From assembly GCA_010093705.1 (NCBI GenBank), contig MU006097.1, forward strand, positions 73,905-137,904: 64,000 nucleotides of DNA, read 5' to 3'. Under the pieces are notes generated by a model. It worked only from the letters and a program-made list of their open reading frames with translations, was not told the origin of the DNA and searched no databases. Both the position numbers and the translations under genes were made by a program. This document shows, one piece after another, positions 50,230 through 61,738 of this stretch; position 1 is the stretch's first letter, and each line of letters opens with the position of its first letter. The DNA comes from Patellaria atrata CBS 101060 (taxonomy: Eukaryota).

Positions 50230-51684
50230 ATGATGGTACCACGCTCCTTCATGTTTCGACCACACACTGTGCGAGCAGAGGAACATAACGAGAAGAACGA
50301 TATGTCAATAAGAACACGTCCCCCCTCCGGAACCAGGATAAGGACTCCCGTTAAGCCAACGCAAGCTACTCAACCTGTCGTCATACCCACCCGCACCCAA
50401 TCTTCGCCCTCTACAACAAAATCAACCCAGACGCTGAACGTGAGAGGCCAGCGTGCAGCCCGTACTTCTCAGAAGCAAGATGCACATAACCCAAGGGCTG
50501 TCCCACCGGCTGTAGCAGCACTCCTGGCTGTGACTTCCATCCCACCTCCTCGAACAAACACAACACGACGGACCATCTCCTCATCAAGGCGACTGTCGAT
50601 CGAAGAGTTGGTGCAGGAATGGAGAGCAGAAGCCAAGGAAAGCGCGAGTGCAGGTTATGGCTCCCCGTTGGACATATTGTTAGAGGGTCAGGAAAACTGC
50701 GAGTTCGACACAACCAGTCTTTGTGAGGATTGCGATGTGGAGTCCATGAGCACGGTATCGTCGCGTTCGAAATCCAGCGATTCCATCCCATCACTGGAGA
50801 GTGACAACCAATCCATCCTTTCAAACTCGAGCATCCCCACCCCTCCTTCGACCATCCGCCGCTCGACCGGCGACCGGAAAGACAGGATAGTGAAGCCTCC
50901 TCCAACAGAGGACTGTATCTATAATCATCCGCTTCTTTCCTTTCAAAATGATATCGACGATCTCCCTACTGAAATTCCTGTTTCTACCCTTCCCCGAAAG
51001 CAAGCTCGACGGAACAGCAAATCATCTTTCAAGTCAAATCTCACTGCATCTCTCAAGGCCCTCAAATCAGCTGCGAAATCTTTCTCAAACTTCACCGCAC
51101 CCACCATCCCTCCAGAGGACCTCCTCACCCGTTCACTCTTATTCCCAGGATTTACAAGCGAGATGCGACCAAGACCATTATCAGGCCCACCAGATGCGGC
51201 GCTACGCAGGTACCTCAACCCTACAACTCCACTCACGACCACGGAGCTCGGAGTCCAACTCCATGGATACGACCGGCTCCGTGAAGAATGTCAAGACTGT
51301 CCCATGATCCAGATGCAGACCTACGACGCGAAGACGATACGCCAGCGCAAGCGTAGAACCCGCTCTCTCGCGACGGCTCCTCAGCCTGTTTCAAAGCCGC
51401 AACAAGATGTACCCGAGCCACCAAAGCAGACCACAGTGCGACAGCGCGAACCACGCGAGAATGCCGATTTCCTAAGAGTGATCGTCCTCGAGATGAACAT
51501 GAGGCGCATGGGGAAGCTGGACGCAAGGGCCATGGGTAGAGCGAGGTTGTGGTTGCCGCCAAGGACGGCCGAGAAGGTAGAGAGTGACAGTGGGTCCGAA
51601 GGCGAGGAAGACGCGGCTCCAGAAAAAGGGAGGCGAAAGGTTCCTGGGAGATGGAGGGGCGTTAGTGTTGAAGATTTCGATTGA
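50230..51684 (+). CDS. conserved fungal hypothetical protein (Ser/Pro-rich)
   Basis: Intronless 484 aa ORF. Blocks PPAVAALLAVTSIP, FKSNLTASLKALKSAAKSFS and RQREPRENADFLRVIVLEMNMRRMGKL look conserved among the low-complexity sequence. Confidence 0.8.
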   Translation: MMVPRSFMFRPHTVRAEEHNEKNDMSIRTRPPSGTRIRTPVKPTQATQPVVIPTRTQSSPSTTKSTQTLNVRGQRAARTSQKQDAHNPRAVPPAVAALLAVTSIPPPRTNTTRRTISSSRRLSIEELVQEWRAEAKESASAGYGSPLDILLEGQENCEFDTTSLCEDCDVESMSTVSSRSKSSDSIPSLESDNQSILSNSSIPTPPSTIRRSTGDRKDRIVKPPPTEDCIYNHPLLSFQNDIDDLPTEIPVSTLPRKQARRNSKSSFKSNLTASLKALKSAAKSFSNFTAPTIPPEDLLTRSLLFPGFTSEMRPRPLSGPPDAALRRYLNPTTPLTTTELGVQLHGYDRLREECQDCPMIQMQTYDAKTIRQRKRRTRSLATAPQPVSKPQQDVPEPPKQTTVRQREPRENADFLRVIVLEMNMRRMGKLDARAMGRARLWLPPRTAEKVESDSGSEGEEDAAPEKGRRKVPGRWRGVSVEDFD

Positions 51685-53387
51685 TAGTGGGCCAGAGTTG
51701 ACGTTTTGTGGAGTCGTGATGTTAGTGAGGAGAGGGGACGGACGAAGAGATGGAGAAAACGGAATTCTGGGGTGATCGTCCGGAGGATTGCGGAGGTCTC
51801 CGTTAAGGTCGAATATCAACTACATTACATTACCTACGTTACCGAATTTTTCTATTCTCTTTTTTTTTTTTTTCTTCCTTTCTTTTTCGTTTTTCGTTCT
51901 TTCTTTGTCAGGTTCATCTTTTTCCTTTCTGTCATTGGAGTTGTGGCAGCCGGTTACACACTGCTCTCGGTTCGCAACGTTTCCCATACCCTTCTTCGTT
52001 AGCAACCTTGATGGATAGATTCACGACTGCAAAGTCCACTCCACGATAGTAGATTGCGCGGTAGTTTATCTTCGACGATTGCGGCGCCGGTTTTTTTTCT
52101 TGGAGTAAGAGCATTTGCATATTTTTCAACCTGCTCGTAAGGTACTCTTTTTTGGATACGTTGGTACGCCTTGGGAACGAACTTTGAGGACTTTATATCT
52201 TAGCTGCGCGAGCGTTACGATCATGATTATGAGGGGTTTAGGGTGTATTTTAGATGGCATTGAGGAGGTATGACTGTCACTTTTGGGAGGTATGGGAATG
52301 GGATGGGATGAGATGAAAAGATGAAGGAGACTTGTTGAGTTAGGTAGAGGTTGTAGTTGAATAAGACTTGGATCTATCTACAATCTATCTATCCATAACT
52401 TATCTATACTGTTATAACTATTTACTCCCTGCCCCCCTCCTCCCCGACAATCATCAGACTCCTTCAACTCTCAGTGCGCCCTTACAACCGTCTCCCTACC
52501 TAATCTCAAGATTAAGCTCTGGAGTCAAAACTTCCGCACCCCTTCCCCGTCTAGCTTTACGTCCTTGTCTTTATCGTTGGAATGGGAAAACTGGCGAACT
52601 AGTCAGAACGGTAACTGTACGAAAGGAGAGAATTGTACAGTACGATACAAGGGCACTGTAATAGGGTGGGAGTCAGCGGATATGCGGGGCGTACAGGATG
52701 TGATGGATAGCATAAAAGGTAGGAATCGAGTACAGTAAGACTGAGTATACCTCACTCTCCAAAATGGGGACGGGATGGATCTCCAAATTGTCCCCTATCG
52801 TATAAATCATGGAAACAGTGAAGAATGAGGGCAACCACAAAACCCGCGCGATTGTACCTCAATCGCCCGAATCACCCAAGAGCTACACAAATAACTGAGG
52901 GATGCAAAATCGCCAAGCTCCCTTTACCTATAATCACAACTCGGATATCCAAACATCCATGTGGAAAGACACTTGAGCGATGTGACTTCGCTCCCCTCCT
53001 TCCCATCTCTTCAACTCGAGGTTTTACGTGTGCTGGGTGTTGCTTCTACTGCTTTATATATTTAAAATAAGGTGGTTGTATGGGAAGTGAGAATTGTGAT
53101 TCAAGACAAATGGGGCGAGATTAATGGAGATCTAATTTGATATCATGCAATTTAGGTATAGCAAGCGCATAGTAAGTAGGGAATAACCACCGTCTCAACT
53201 CCAATTCTTATGATTTCATGAGGACTCCATACATATTTAGTGTGAAGAGTCACAAACAATCATCGAATAACTTAGAGGAAACTTTTTGGAGATGGTCGCA
53301 TGAAACACGTATAATGAAACCTCAAAACGGCGTATGACGATACTGGAGAACACGTATATAATCTGCTCTAGGAACGGTGAAAAGAGC

Positions 53388-53597
53388 TCATGGATTCTCC
53401 CTCATGATTCCAGAAGCGGATCCTAGACAATTCGACCTCGCACCGCGCTTCGAGCTATCTTCCTGGATGGACCTTCGCTCTAAGCCGGCCGTGCTCTGCA
53501 CAGTAGCCTGCCTCTGGGCGTTGGAGCTGTCGGATGAATTGGTCGAGAAGCTGTGGATTGAGGAGCCTCGAGATCTGTTTTCGCTGGATGACGACAT
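53388..53597 (-). CDS. possible small Ser-rich protein (69 aa)
   Basis: ATG at 53597 after a C/A-rich leader: MSSSSENRSRGSSIHSFSTNSSDSSNAQRQATVQSTAGLERRSIQED...; no recognised domain. Confidence 0.35.
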   Translation of the reverse strand: MSSSSENRSRGSSIHSFSTNSSDSSNAQRQATVQSTAGLERRSIQEDSSKRGARSNCLGSASGIMRENP

Positions 53598-55693
53598 TTG
53601 GTGCTGGATTTTGTTTAGTGAGGCGTTCGTGTTGTGTGTTCCGAGGAGTAGGAAAATGGCACTTACAGGAATTCTGGGTGGAGTGGGATGGACTATAGGG
53701 ATGGAACAGAAGTAGAGATGTACTATCAATGTCAAATTTGGGGGTTTCAGTTATAGTCAAGAATCTATCTTACAGCTAGGAGTGGACTGTCACTAGCGGT
53801 ACCTATCGAATAGTTCTGATGTGCTTGAAAAACAAATTTTGGGATTGAGGTTCTGTTTGAAGAAGGAAAAATTGACGTATTGGGAAGAACAAGAGGAATG
53901 TCTGGAATGGGGAGATAGTGTCACTTAAATGCGGCTCAAATTTCAAACTGCCAATTTCTATAAATGACTATACAGATAGTTTTGACCCGTTGACTGCCTA
54001 AAAACCACTCGTAACGAGTTCCGGTCAACATTTGATCTTACTTCATGGTCACATCCGCTTTTATGTCAGTAGGTGGGATTCCGGTGAAGGAGGTCTTAGC
54101 TTGTGAGTAAAAGACAACCATATTTTTGATGGAAGTATATCAGTAACATATAATGACTTTAGCTGTTCAACATCGGAGAGGAAGAGTGAGAGATTCGGAT
54201 ATCAAGATAGTCTAAACGTGCTAGAACATAAAGATGTTCGGCTTATGTACTACACGGTACTCGAAGCCCGCCTTTGAGGGTGGTCAATCCACTTGTGCAA
54301 ACATGTGTTCGCCATCGACGTCTCTTCGAATCACCATTTACACAAAACATCAGTTTGACGCCTTGCCGGTTGGTTTCGTAAGGCTGCGTGCAGAGATTCT
54401 GCTGGGCGTTGCGAGCGGTGAAGGGATCGGAGGCTGTGAGCCTGAAGAATCAGGAGTACGATGCAAAGTGAGGTTAGACTAGGGTTAGGGCTGTGTTCGG
54501 TTGATATCCGGGAGAAGATGTGTGTTGTTAATTCTCATCTTTCTCGTTGCCTACAAAAGCAAATCCTTCACCGGTCAGTAGAACTACCTATCTTTCGACT
54601 TGGCTGCTTCCAATATACAACTCCGTCTCGTCATGTGCAAACCGCTTTCATCCGGTGCCCCGGGCGTTTGGCATAGTAAGTCTAGTTGTCGTATGAGGTG
54701 ATGGTGCATGTATATTGATATGGGCCGATACAAGTTCTTAGACAAGAACTAATTCTCACCCCTATATTCTAACTGAGCCATGCTCGCCTCACTATCATCA
54801 GGCTGGACGTCTAAAACGTTTACCATATCACCAGGCTAATCGGGAGTTGGCTTTGAACGCCCGGTTTTCTCACTCTTTTTTGGATGCAACTCTATCCGCC
54901 GAAGCGCAGAACTGGAACCGTAGTATTATCACGGAATTGGAGTCGATCTAATTTGTCTCGACACTAAAGATCTGCGTGAATATAGTCACCAAGTAACGGG
55001 ATTAAACTATGCAGATAGCCGGATGGTCTGCTGCCGCCAAACCGGTGTCTGTCGAAGTTGAGAAGACGCCCGTCAGCAGCTAAACGCGTCAACATACCGA
55101 CGAATAGGGAGACCGGTGAAAAATATTGGAACAACGATACTGTAAACATACCCGGATTTTAGGTAAAGGCTGTACTGGTCGCCTTGTGGGCTTGCTGGCA
55201 TTGACTGATTTACGCCCGGCTTCGCCCCGTATCCTCATACCTCCTCCATCAGATTCCGAGGTAAGGATGCATTCCTCTTCCGTGGACCAGTCAGCTCCAT
55301 TTGATTTTCATCCTGTTATCTTTATTTTCATTCTGATATGCATAAACTTGTTTGCGTTTTCGGGAATATGTCCCACAAAATCTCCTCCTCTGCGGAGTAT
55401 CGTTTCGAATCCTAGGCATATTGTAGATCTAGACAACCTTAAAGAGGTACATAAATCATCATCTATTCCGGCTTCACCTTGCCTCACTTTTCTCTAATAC
55501 TCTTTCTTCTCTTAATTCAGCCATACCTACGGGGCGCAGCCTCAGTCTTATTTCAGTTGCCTCGAACATATTATGACTCCCTGAGCGCTGCTGGTAGCCC
55601 AAATCCTTTTATCGTGCACATCATTCTGACTTTGTGATCACGAGTCATCCTAAATCCAAAACCCCTGAACGTCATCCAGTCTCAACCATCAAC

Positions 55694-58507
55694 ATGCAAG
55701 GAGGACCATCAGGGTCTAGGTATCCCACTCCACCGCCTTTTCAAATGGCTCCTCAAGCTCAAGGTCATGTTCAATCACGACCTCACCCAGAAAACAGTCG
55801 ACCTATCTATGGACAGGATCCAGGGATGGGTCCCGATGGGACTCAATTCCGACTTCTGTCAGCAGACCCTGATCGACGAAGGATGGGAACGGAATATTCA
55901 CTCCGCTCCTCACAAATTATGCATCCCACTAAGTTCCCTGTCACTTACGAAGGTTGGACGTTTAGGAAAGTTCCAAGCAATGAGCTTAGCATTGGGGAAA
56001 CACCTTCTTGGTCGCGCGTTCACAGAACACAAATGCCGGTAGACACTGAGGAACTTGCAAAAATGGTCAAGGTTCACCGAGCAAAGACCAAGAAGTCTGT
56101 GATGGAGGAATACTCCGCACTAAGATCAGAAAACCAACGCCGACAAATCGGTAAGCTCCGCCAAGAGCTTAAAGATAGTGAAAAGAACCCGAATGCGGTA
56201 TGGAATCTTGCAACAATCGAAACTGAAACTCGAAAGCTTAACTCTAGAGCAACTGAGACCATCTTGATGAAAGTAATCATGAAAAGGCAACCTGATGCAA
56301 GTCTCGTCGACTCTTCCCGTAATGCGCAAGATGGCCGATCTGGAAACTTTTCCGGCCAGTATGTAGATCTCGACGAACGTGGTAGGAGGTCACCGAGTGA
56401 CTTTCACCAATCGCCGCGGATGAGGAGCAAAGAGAATTTTGAGCACCAAGATAGACCACACACATCAAATCAAATCCCTCGCGCGTGGACGAATGAAAGA
56501 CCTACGCCCCCCGTTTCAAGTCCCCCAGGGCAACTCAATCGACCATCTAGACCACCTCCCCACGACCCTGGTAGCACATGGCCGCAAGGCCCTCCACAAG
56601 GTGTTCTCAAATCTATGGGAAGCCCATATCAGAGCGGATCGAGTTCTATTCCACCCCAACCACAAGGTTCCATGCCACCGCCTCCCCAGGCTACATCTGG
56701 GTTCATGCCACCACCTCCCCCCCAAACACACGGGAATATGCCACCTCCTCCTCCCCCAACGCACGAGACTATGCCACCCCCTCCTCCGCCAACGCATGGA
56801 AATATGCGACCCCCTCCTCCACCCTCGCACAGCAATATGCCACCCCCTCCTCCACCCTCGCACAGCAATATGCCACTCCCTCCTCCACCCTCGTACGGCA
56901 ATATGCCACCTCCTCCCCCACCCTCACACGGTAACATTCCACCTCCCCCACCATCGTCTGGGCCTCTTCCACCTCCTCCCCACCCATCACACGGGCCGGC
57001 GGCCCCTCCTCCCCACTTATCGCATGGTCCTGTTCCACCTCCTCCCCAACAAATGCAAGGGACTGCTCGCCCTCCTCCCCAACAAATGCAAGGGACTGCT
57101 CGCCCTCCTTCCCGGGCACCGCAAGGCAACATGCCACTTCCCCCACAGCCGCCGCAAGGAGCTTTTCCGCAACCACCCCCACCATCGCAAGGTAGAGGCC
57201 AACCTCATCCTCCCCCGGGTCCTGGAATCATGAAGTCTCCGCCAGCTCAAAACCACCAAATGGCGCCGAAGGGATCTGTCAAGCAGCCAAGCATGAAGCC
57301 ATCTTTTGAGAACTACCAAAACGGAGCTCCATCTGCGAAAGGGGTCCGAATCAACCCGCCTAATAATGCTGCACAGCAGAAAGTATCAAACTCCTTCGAC
57401 AGTGACAGTGACTCAGGGCCAAGTTTCGTCCAATTTGCGGATGAGCAAATGAATCGCCCAAAGAAGCAGGTTCCGAAAGTATCAGCATCACAAATCCAGA
57501 AGCCCAGAGATGGGAAATGGAGTGATCAGTCTGAAGGTCCCGATGTTTATAGGTCTCAGAAATTACCCCGAAAACCCTCTCTGAAAAACATCCTTAGATC
57601 CATGTCTCCGCAACGTGACCAGAGAGCGTACCCACGAACTCGGGATAAGATTTCTCAGTGGAACTCATATGATGGAAGCGATGATGATTCGGTGGGTAGA
57701 GATTCTGTATTTAGTGGTCGTGGAAGTAATCCATATGACACCCCTCCCTCAAGCCCTAGTGATACCAGCCGGTTTTCGGCAAAAGATTATCCAAGGGGAG
57801 GTCTTCATCGAGCTGCTTCCCCAGGCCGTCAGAACTACGAACGTGCCTACCGACAGCATGGGAAGCTACCATCCTACGTTCTTCCTCGGGCTCCCTCGCC
57901 CGGCTATATCCACGAGGATATTTACCGTAATCCTGCAGCTTACCGTACCTACAGTGGTGTAAGAGACCCAATCCACCGGTCAGGTGCAGATTACCGAACA
58001 ATTGAGGATTTGGATAGAGCTGGGTTGCGTGGGAAGCAACTGGACTATGCGCTTGACCGACGGCCGCTAGAGAGATCGATCACGTATGACAGCTATGAAC
58101 GAGATACAAACTATCTGGCTAGAAGCTATGCTCAAAGAAGACTATCTAGCGCCCTTCCAGAAAGGGATGTCTTAAGTGACATTCGACACAATACACACAT
58201 GCAGGAAGCCAAGGACCACATGCTAAGAGACAGGGAACGGGCCCTTCGCCTCGAAGCTGAGAGAAACAACATCGATCGTAGAGCCCTGGAGGTGGAGAAA
58301 CGAGCTCTCGACACCGAACTTCTACGGCAGAAGACCATCAGAGACGCGGAAGGGTTTAGACACCTTACCGAACAGCGGGAAAGGAGACTGAGGGAGCAGG
58401 AAGCGATCGAGCTGGAGCAAGCGGCGAGGTTGAGGAGGCCTATGATTAGGCATGTGAGCAGGAGTGATCTTAGGGATGAGCAGTTGTACATGCGAAAATA
58501 CAGATAG
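55694..58507 (+). CDS. proline-rich hypothetical protein with C-terminal coiled coil
   Basis: Long intronless ORF (937 aa from ATG 55694): N-terminal globular-looking segment (YEGWTFRK...W), central poly-Pro repeats, Arg/Glu-rich tail. Confidence 0.8.
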   Translation: MQGGPSGSRYPTPPPFQMAPQAQGHVQSRPHPENSRPIYGQDPGMGPDGTQFRLLSADPDRRRMGTEYSLRSSQIMHPTKFPVTYEGWTFRKVPSNELSIGETPSWSRVHRTQMPVDTEELAKMVKVHRAKTKKSVMEEYSALRSENQRRQIGKLRQELKDSEKNPNAVWNLATIETETRKLNSRATETILMKVIMKRQPDASLVDSSRNAQDGRSGNFSGQYVDLDERGRRSPSDFHQSPRMRSKENFEHQDRPHTSNQIPRAWTNERPTPPVSSPPGQLNRPSRPPPHDPGSTWPQGPPQGVLKSMGSPYQSGSSSIPPQPQGSMPPPPQATSGFMPPPPPQTHGNMPPPPPPTHETMPPPPPPTHGNMRPPPPPSHSNMPPPPPPSHSNMPLPPPPSYGNMPPPPPPSHGNIPPPPPSSGPLPPPPHPSHGPAAPPPHLSHGPVPPPPQQMQGTARPPPQQMQGTARPPSRAPQGNMPLPPQPPQGAFPQPPPPSQGRGQPHPPPGPGIMKSPPAQNHQMAPKGSVKQPSMKPSFENYQNGAPSAKGVRINPPNNAAQQKVSNSFDSDSDSGPSFVQFADEQMNRPKKQVPKVSASQIQKPRDGKWSDQSEGPDVYRSQKLPRKPSLKNILRSMSPQRDQRAYPRTRDKISQWNSYDGSDDDSVGRDSVFSGRGSNPYDTPPSSPSDTSRFSAKDYPRGGLHRAASPGRQNYERAYRQHGKLPSYVLPRAPSPGYIHEDIYRNPAAYRTYSGVRDPIHRSGADYRTIEDLDRAGLRGKQLDYALDRRPLERSITYDSYERDTNYLARSYAQRRLSSALPERDVLSDIRHNTHMQEAKDHMLRDRERALRLEAERNNIDRRALEVEKRALDTELLRQKTIRDAEGFRHLTEQRERRLREQEAIELEQAARLRRPMIRHVSRSDLRDEQLYMRKYR
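56670..57190 (+). repeat. coding minisatellite, ~33 nt units (HGNMPPPPPPS; PPQQMQGTARP x2)
   Basis: Repeated CCTCCACCCTCGCACAGCAATATGCCAC units and two exact copies of CCTCCTCCCCAACAAATGCAAGGGACTGCTCGC. Confidence 0.9.
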
Positions 58508-59797
58508 AATCCTCTTAATTGGTGTTGGAGTCAAGGGTCTTTTCTTTTCGAAACTGAATACCTATATTCTACTTTTTGGATTAAGGTGTAGCTTTAAAAT
58601 GGGTAGTAGAATTCAATTGTATCTCTCTAAGTGTACAGCAAGCGTGCATGGCAAGAGGTGTGAACCTCGAGAGCGGACAATGCGAATACAGTCTTGGCGT
58701 CCAGTTCAATTAGAGGAAGTCTTGCCCAAAGTACAAGAAAACCTTACTTTCTGAGGCGCTTCCGGAGTATGAAGGTACGATTACCCCATGCTCAGGGAAT
58801 AGGGGGCCGAACTGCAGAGTCTTTAGCTTAGATACACGGAGAAAACGTATCTTCCCATTTGCCAATTCGGCGCTGCTCGGTCGCCATACGTTTGCTCTAC
58901 GACGACTGCCGGAATATCAACTTCGGTTCGTTCCGACGTATACAAGGTATGTACAGCAAAGTGGAACATATTCCGTATGTAAGCGTACAGTTAGCCAAAA
59001 TATTTCAATGACAGGGATATGGATGACTGGGGTAACGGGAGCATGGAAGGCTACGGTATGCATACCATGACACTCGTTGTGACCCGATCATGAGAAGAGT
59101 ATCCCTAAGTGGCCCAGTCCCCATACTCCTGGATGTACAGTACTGGGACGACACCGTAGGGTTGAGTGTTAGGTGTATTTAAATTTAGTATAGATAATAA
59201 ATAGTTATAATAAAACATTGGATATCAGTCAGATTTGAGACGAGTGAGATTGGAGTTGTAAAATAAGGGACTAAACGCTACATAAAGGGGCTGTAAACCG
59301 AGGAGACGCTGTGCTAGACTACGTTGAAAAAAAGATACATCAGATATAAATCTTGACGTGATAATCCCGCTATAAGACAACTTTTAATCGTGAGACTGAA
59401 TGAAATCATGGCGCCTATCATCATTTCTGGAATTACACAGCAAGAACAGAGACTGAAAGCAGTCGAAAAAGGAAAAGTACCAGGTTGTGTGCGAACAAAC
59501 AGGCCCAAAACTAACAAGATATATCTGTTAAAGCATCCATAGCGTATCGTAAATCCGGCGAACGGATCTTTCAAACCATAATCAGGCCTAAAACCAATGC
59601 GGGTATCGAGGGTATCAGCAGGACCAAGTTGTGACAATTCAGACATCCCATCCAAGTACAGATAATGCGCTCACAGAGACCCAGACCCATAATGCGCGCT
59701 TGAATATCAGTTAAGGAAATGTCATATGCTTCTGACAGTAGAAGTAAGGTGAACATCCAAAAGTGGAAAAATCCAATGGAACAGTAGAAACTTCAAG

Positions 59798-61738
59798 CTA
59801 GGCCCAGGCACCATCCACATCTCCGCAAATCTCTTTGCATCCATCTAGCCAAGGGTTCTCCAGTATATCACCAATGGTCGGCCTAGCCAAAGGGTCCATT
59901 TGCAAACAACCTTGAACAAGATCGACGGCCTCCTCGCTGCTTCCTCTGGCATTAATCAGTAGATCACGATCCCACTCGCCTTTTAAAATCATCATAGTCA
60001 GCTTAGGTTGAAAGCTGTGCTGGAAGGGTAACTCTCCAGTCAAAAGAGCAAAAACAATCACCCCAAAGGCCCATATATCAACACTCGGCTCGTAGAGCAT
60101 AGTTCGTGCGTTAAAAAGTTCGGGAGCTGCATACTGCAAGCTCCCTACAACGCAGCTACTCAACTCCGACGGACCGATATTTGCATGCCGGTCATTGTCG
60201 TACTGCTCTGGCTCTGGGCGGTGCTCATTGGTTATGAAATCGGCCATTCCAAAATCGCAAAGTAGTACATTTCCACCTTCTTTTGCAGAATTTAGGCCAG
60301 ACATGTCTAGAAGGCAATTCTCGAGTTTGATATCGCGGTGAACGACCCTGACGTCTTCATGCAAGTAGCGGAGGGCGGAAGCTAATTGATAGACATAACG
60401 TCGCGCTAAATCATGCGTGAGGCCACGCTTCCCCGGCTCAACTTTACGGTTACTACGTACAAGGTCGAAGAGAGTGCCACCGGTATTGAGCTTAGTGATG
60501 CAAAAGGTTGCAAACGGTGAATCATAGACCGCAATAAGAGGTAGTATATAACGATGTTTAAGGAAGCGCCAGATACTGACCTCGTGCTCAAAGTCGGTCT
60601 GCAGCTTATCGTTCTCGTGTTCGGATTTTCCGTTGACCTGTTTGCGCACGATTTTGACAGCACGCGTTATCTTCTTCGAATTCTCGATGGTAAACACTTC
60701 TTTGACAACGCTGAATCCTCCAAACCCGATTTGACGACCGATGATATATTCAGAATGATCTCCAATTTCCTGCCCTTCGTCGTCGGGTTCTGTGAGTGAT
60801 GCGGCCTCCTCGCGACCCCATTGGGAAAGGAATGCGCTTGCGGGCGACATTGAAGAAGCTGCAGATCTTCCTGTACTCCGTCGAGTGTTTCGACGTTGGC
60901 TTCCAAAACTTGATTTCTCGCTTCTGGAACTCCTTGACCTTTGTTCACTAGTCCTGCGAGTTATAGGCCATGCCCCGTGCCTAGAGGCAAAGTCCATCGG
61001 CGAGGACGCGGTAAGGGGAGAGAGGAGATATTCTGCGGGGATATCTTCGGGGGTCTTGACCTCTTCTAAAATAGGTGAAGCGGTTGCTTCAGACGTCAAA
61101 GATGCTATTTGCTCATGCTCACTAATCCCTGAATCGCGTGCAAGGTCGTCCACGGTCGTTTGAAGAAGAGGATGCCGCATCTCTCCCGCGCGAAAATGCC
61201 TATACCTTGCCTTCCGTTGATCTAGAGGTTCACCGGTGGCGGGATCGAACATGAATTTCTCAGACTCGCTAAAGTTCCGTCGAAGTGGAGAGGATGATCT
61301 GAACTCATCTACCATACTCCTTGCTTGGCTATTTCGGAAAGTATCCAACTCGTGCTCTGGTTTTGGCAGAGGTTCGTGAGCGGACTGACGATGGCCACTG
61401 TCGAGAGTAACCTCATCAGCAAAAGTTATGGATTTACTACGGTTACGAAACGAGCTTTCCACATCATCGGCCGGTGATAATACGACAGATTCGCTGAGAT
61501 ACAGGTCCGCGGATGGCCGTTTCTGCCCTTCATCATTATCTATGTCTTGTCCTGGGAAGGACGAGGCAAGGTCGGACGTGGGAATAGTCGATGACTGGTT
61601 TCGAGACTGGCACTGCGTAATGCCATTCTGATTCGAGTTCTCTCTACTCAGGGATGAAAATGTAGAGGTGAGAGGTTTTGCGGGGGCTGTGTCCAGCTTG
61701 AGTTTCTGGAACGAGTGTTGACTCTCCTCCGGGGCCAT
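59798..61738 (-). CDS. Ser/Thr protein kinase, Nnk1-like
   Basis: PDDEGQEIG..YIIGRQIGFGGFSVVKE, AVKIV, HRDIKLEN, DFG, GSLQYAAPE, DIWAFG; long Ser/Arg-rich N-terminus. Confidence 0.88.
   Translation of the reverse strand: MAPEESQHSFQKLKLDTAPAKPLTSTFSSLSRENSNQNGITQCQSRNQSSTIPTSDLASSFPGQDIDNDEGQKRPSADLYLSESVVLSPADDVESSFRNRSKSITFADEVTLDSGHRQSAHEPLPKPEHELDTFRNSQARSMVDEFRSSSPLRRNFSESEKFMFDPATGEPLDQRKARYRHFRAGEMRHPLLQTTVDDLARDSGISEHEQIASLTSEATASPILEEVKTPEDIPAEYLLSPLTASSPMDFASRHGAWPITRRTSEQRSRSSRSEKSSFGSQRRNTRRSTGRSAASSMSPASAFLSQWGREEAASLTEPDDEGQEIGDHSEYIIGRQIGFGGFSVVKEVFTIENSKKITRAVKIVRKQVNGKSEHENDKLQTDFEHEVSIWRFLKHRYILPLIAVYDSPFATFCITKLNTGGTLFDLVRSNRKVEPGKRGLTHDLARRYVYQLASALRYLHEDVRVVHRDIKLENCLLDMSGLNSAKEGGNVLLCDFGMADFITNEHRPEPEQYDNDRHANIGPSELSSCVVGSLQYAAPELFNARTMLYEPSVDIWAFGVIVFALLTGELPFQHSFQPKLTMMILKGEWDRDLLINARGSSEEAVDLVQGCLQMDPLARPTIGDILENPWLDGCKEICGDVDGAWA

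Noticed and set aside
54471..54490. TAGGGTTAGGG telomere-like stretch as an alternative TER template or interstitial telomere
   Set aside because: Under two repeats long. I saw no accompanying boundary hairpin, enclosing helix, pseudoknot or AUAAGU end, unlike the 48308 site.
56439..57319. Overlapping Gly-rich and His-rich alternative-frame ORFs
   Set aside because: Shadow frames of the poly-Pro repeat.
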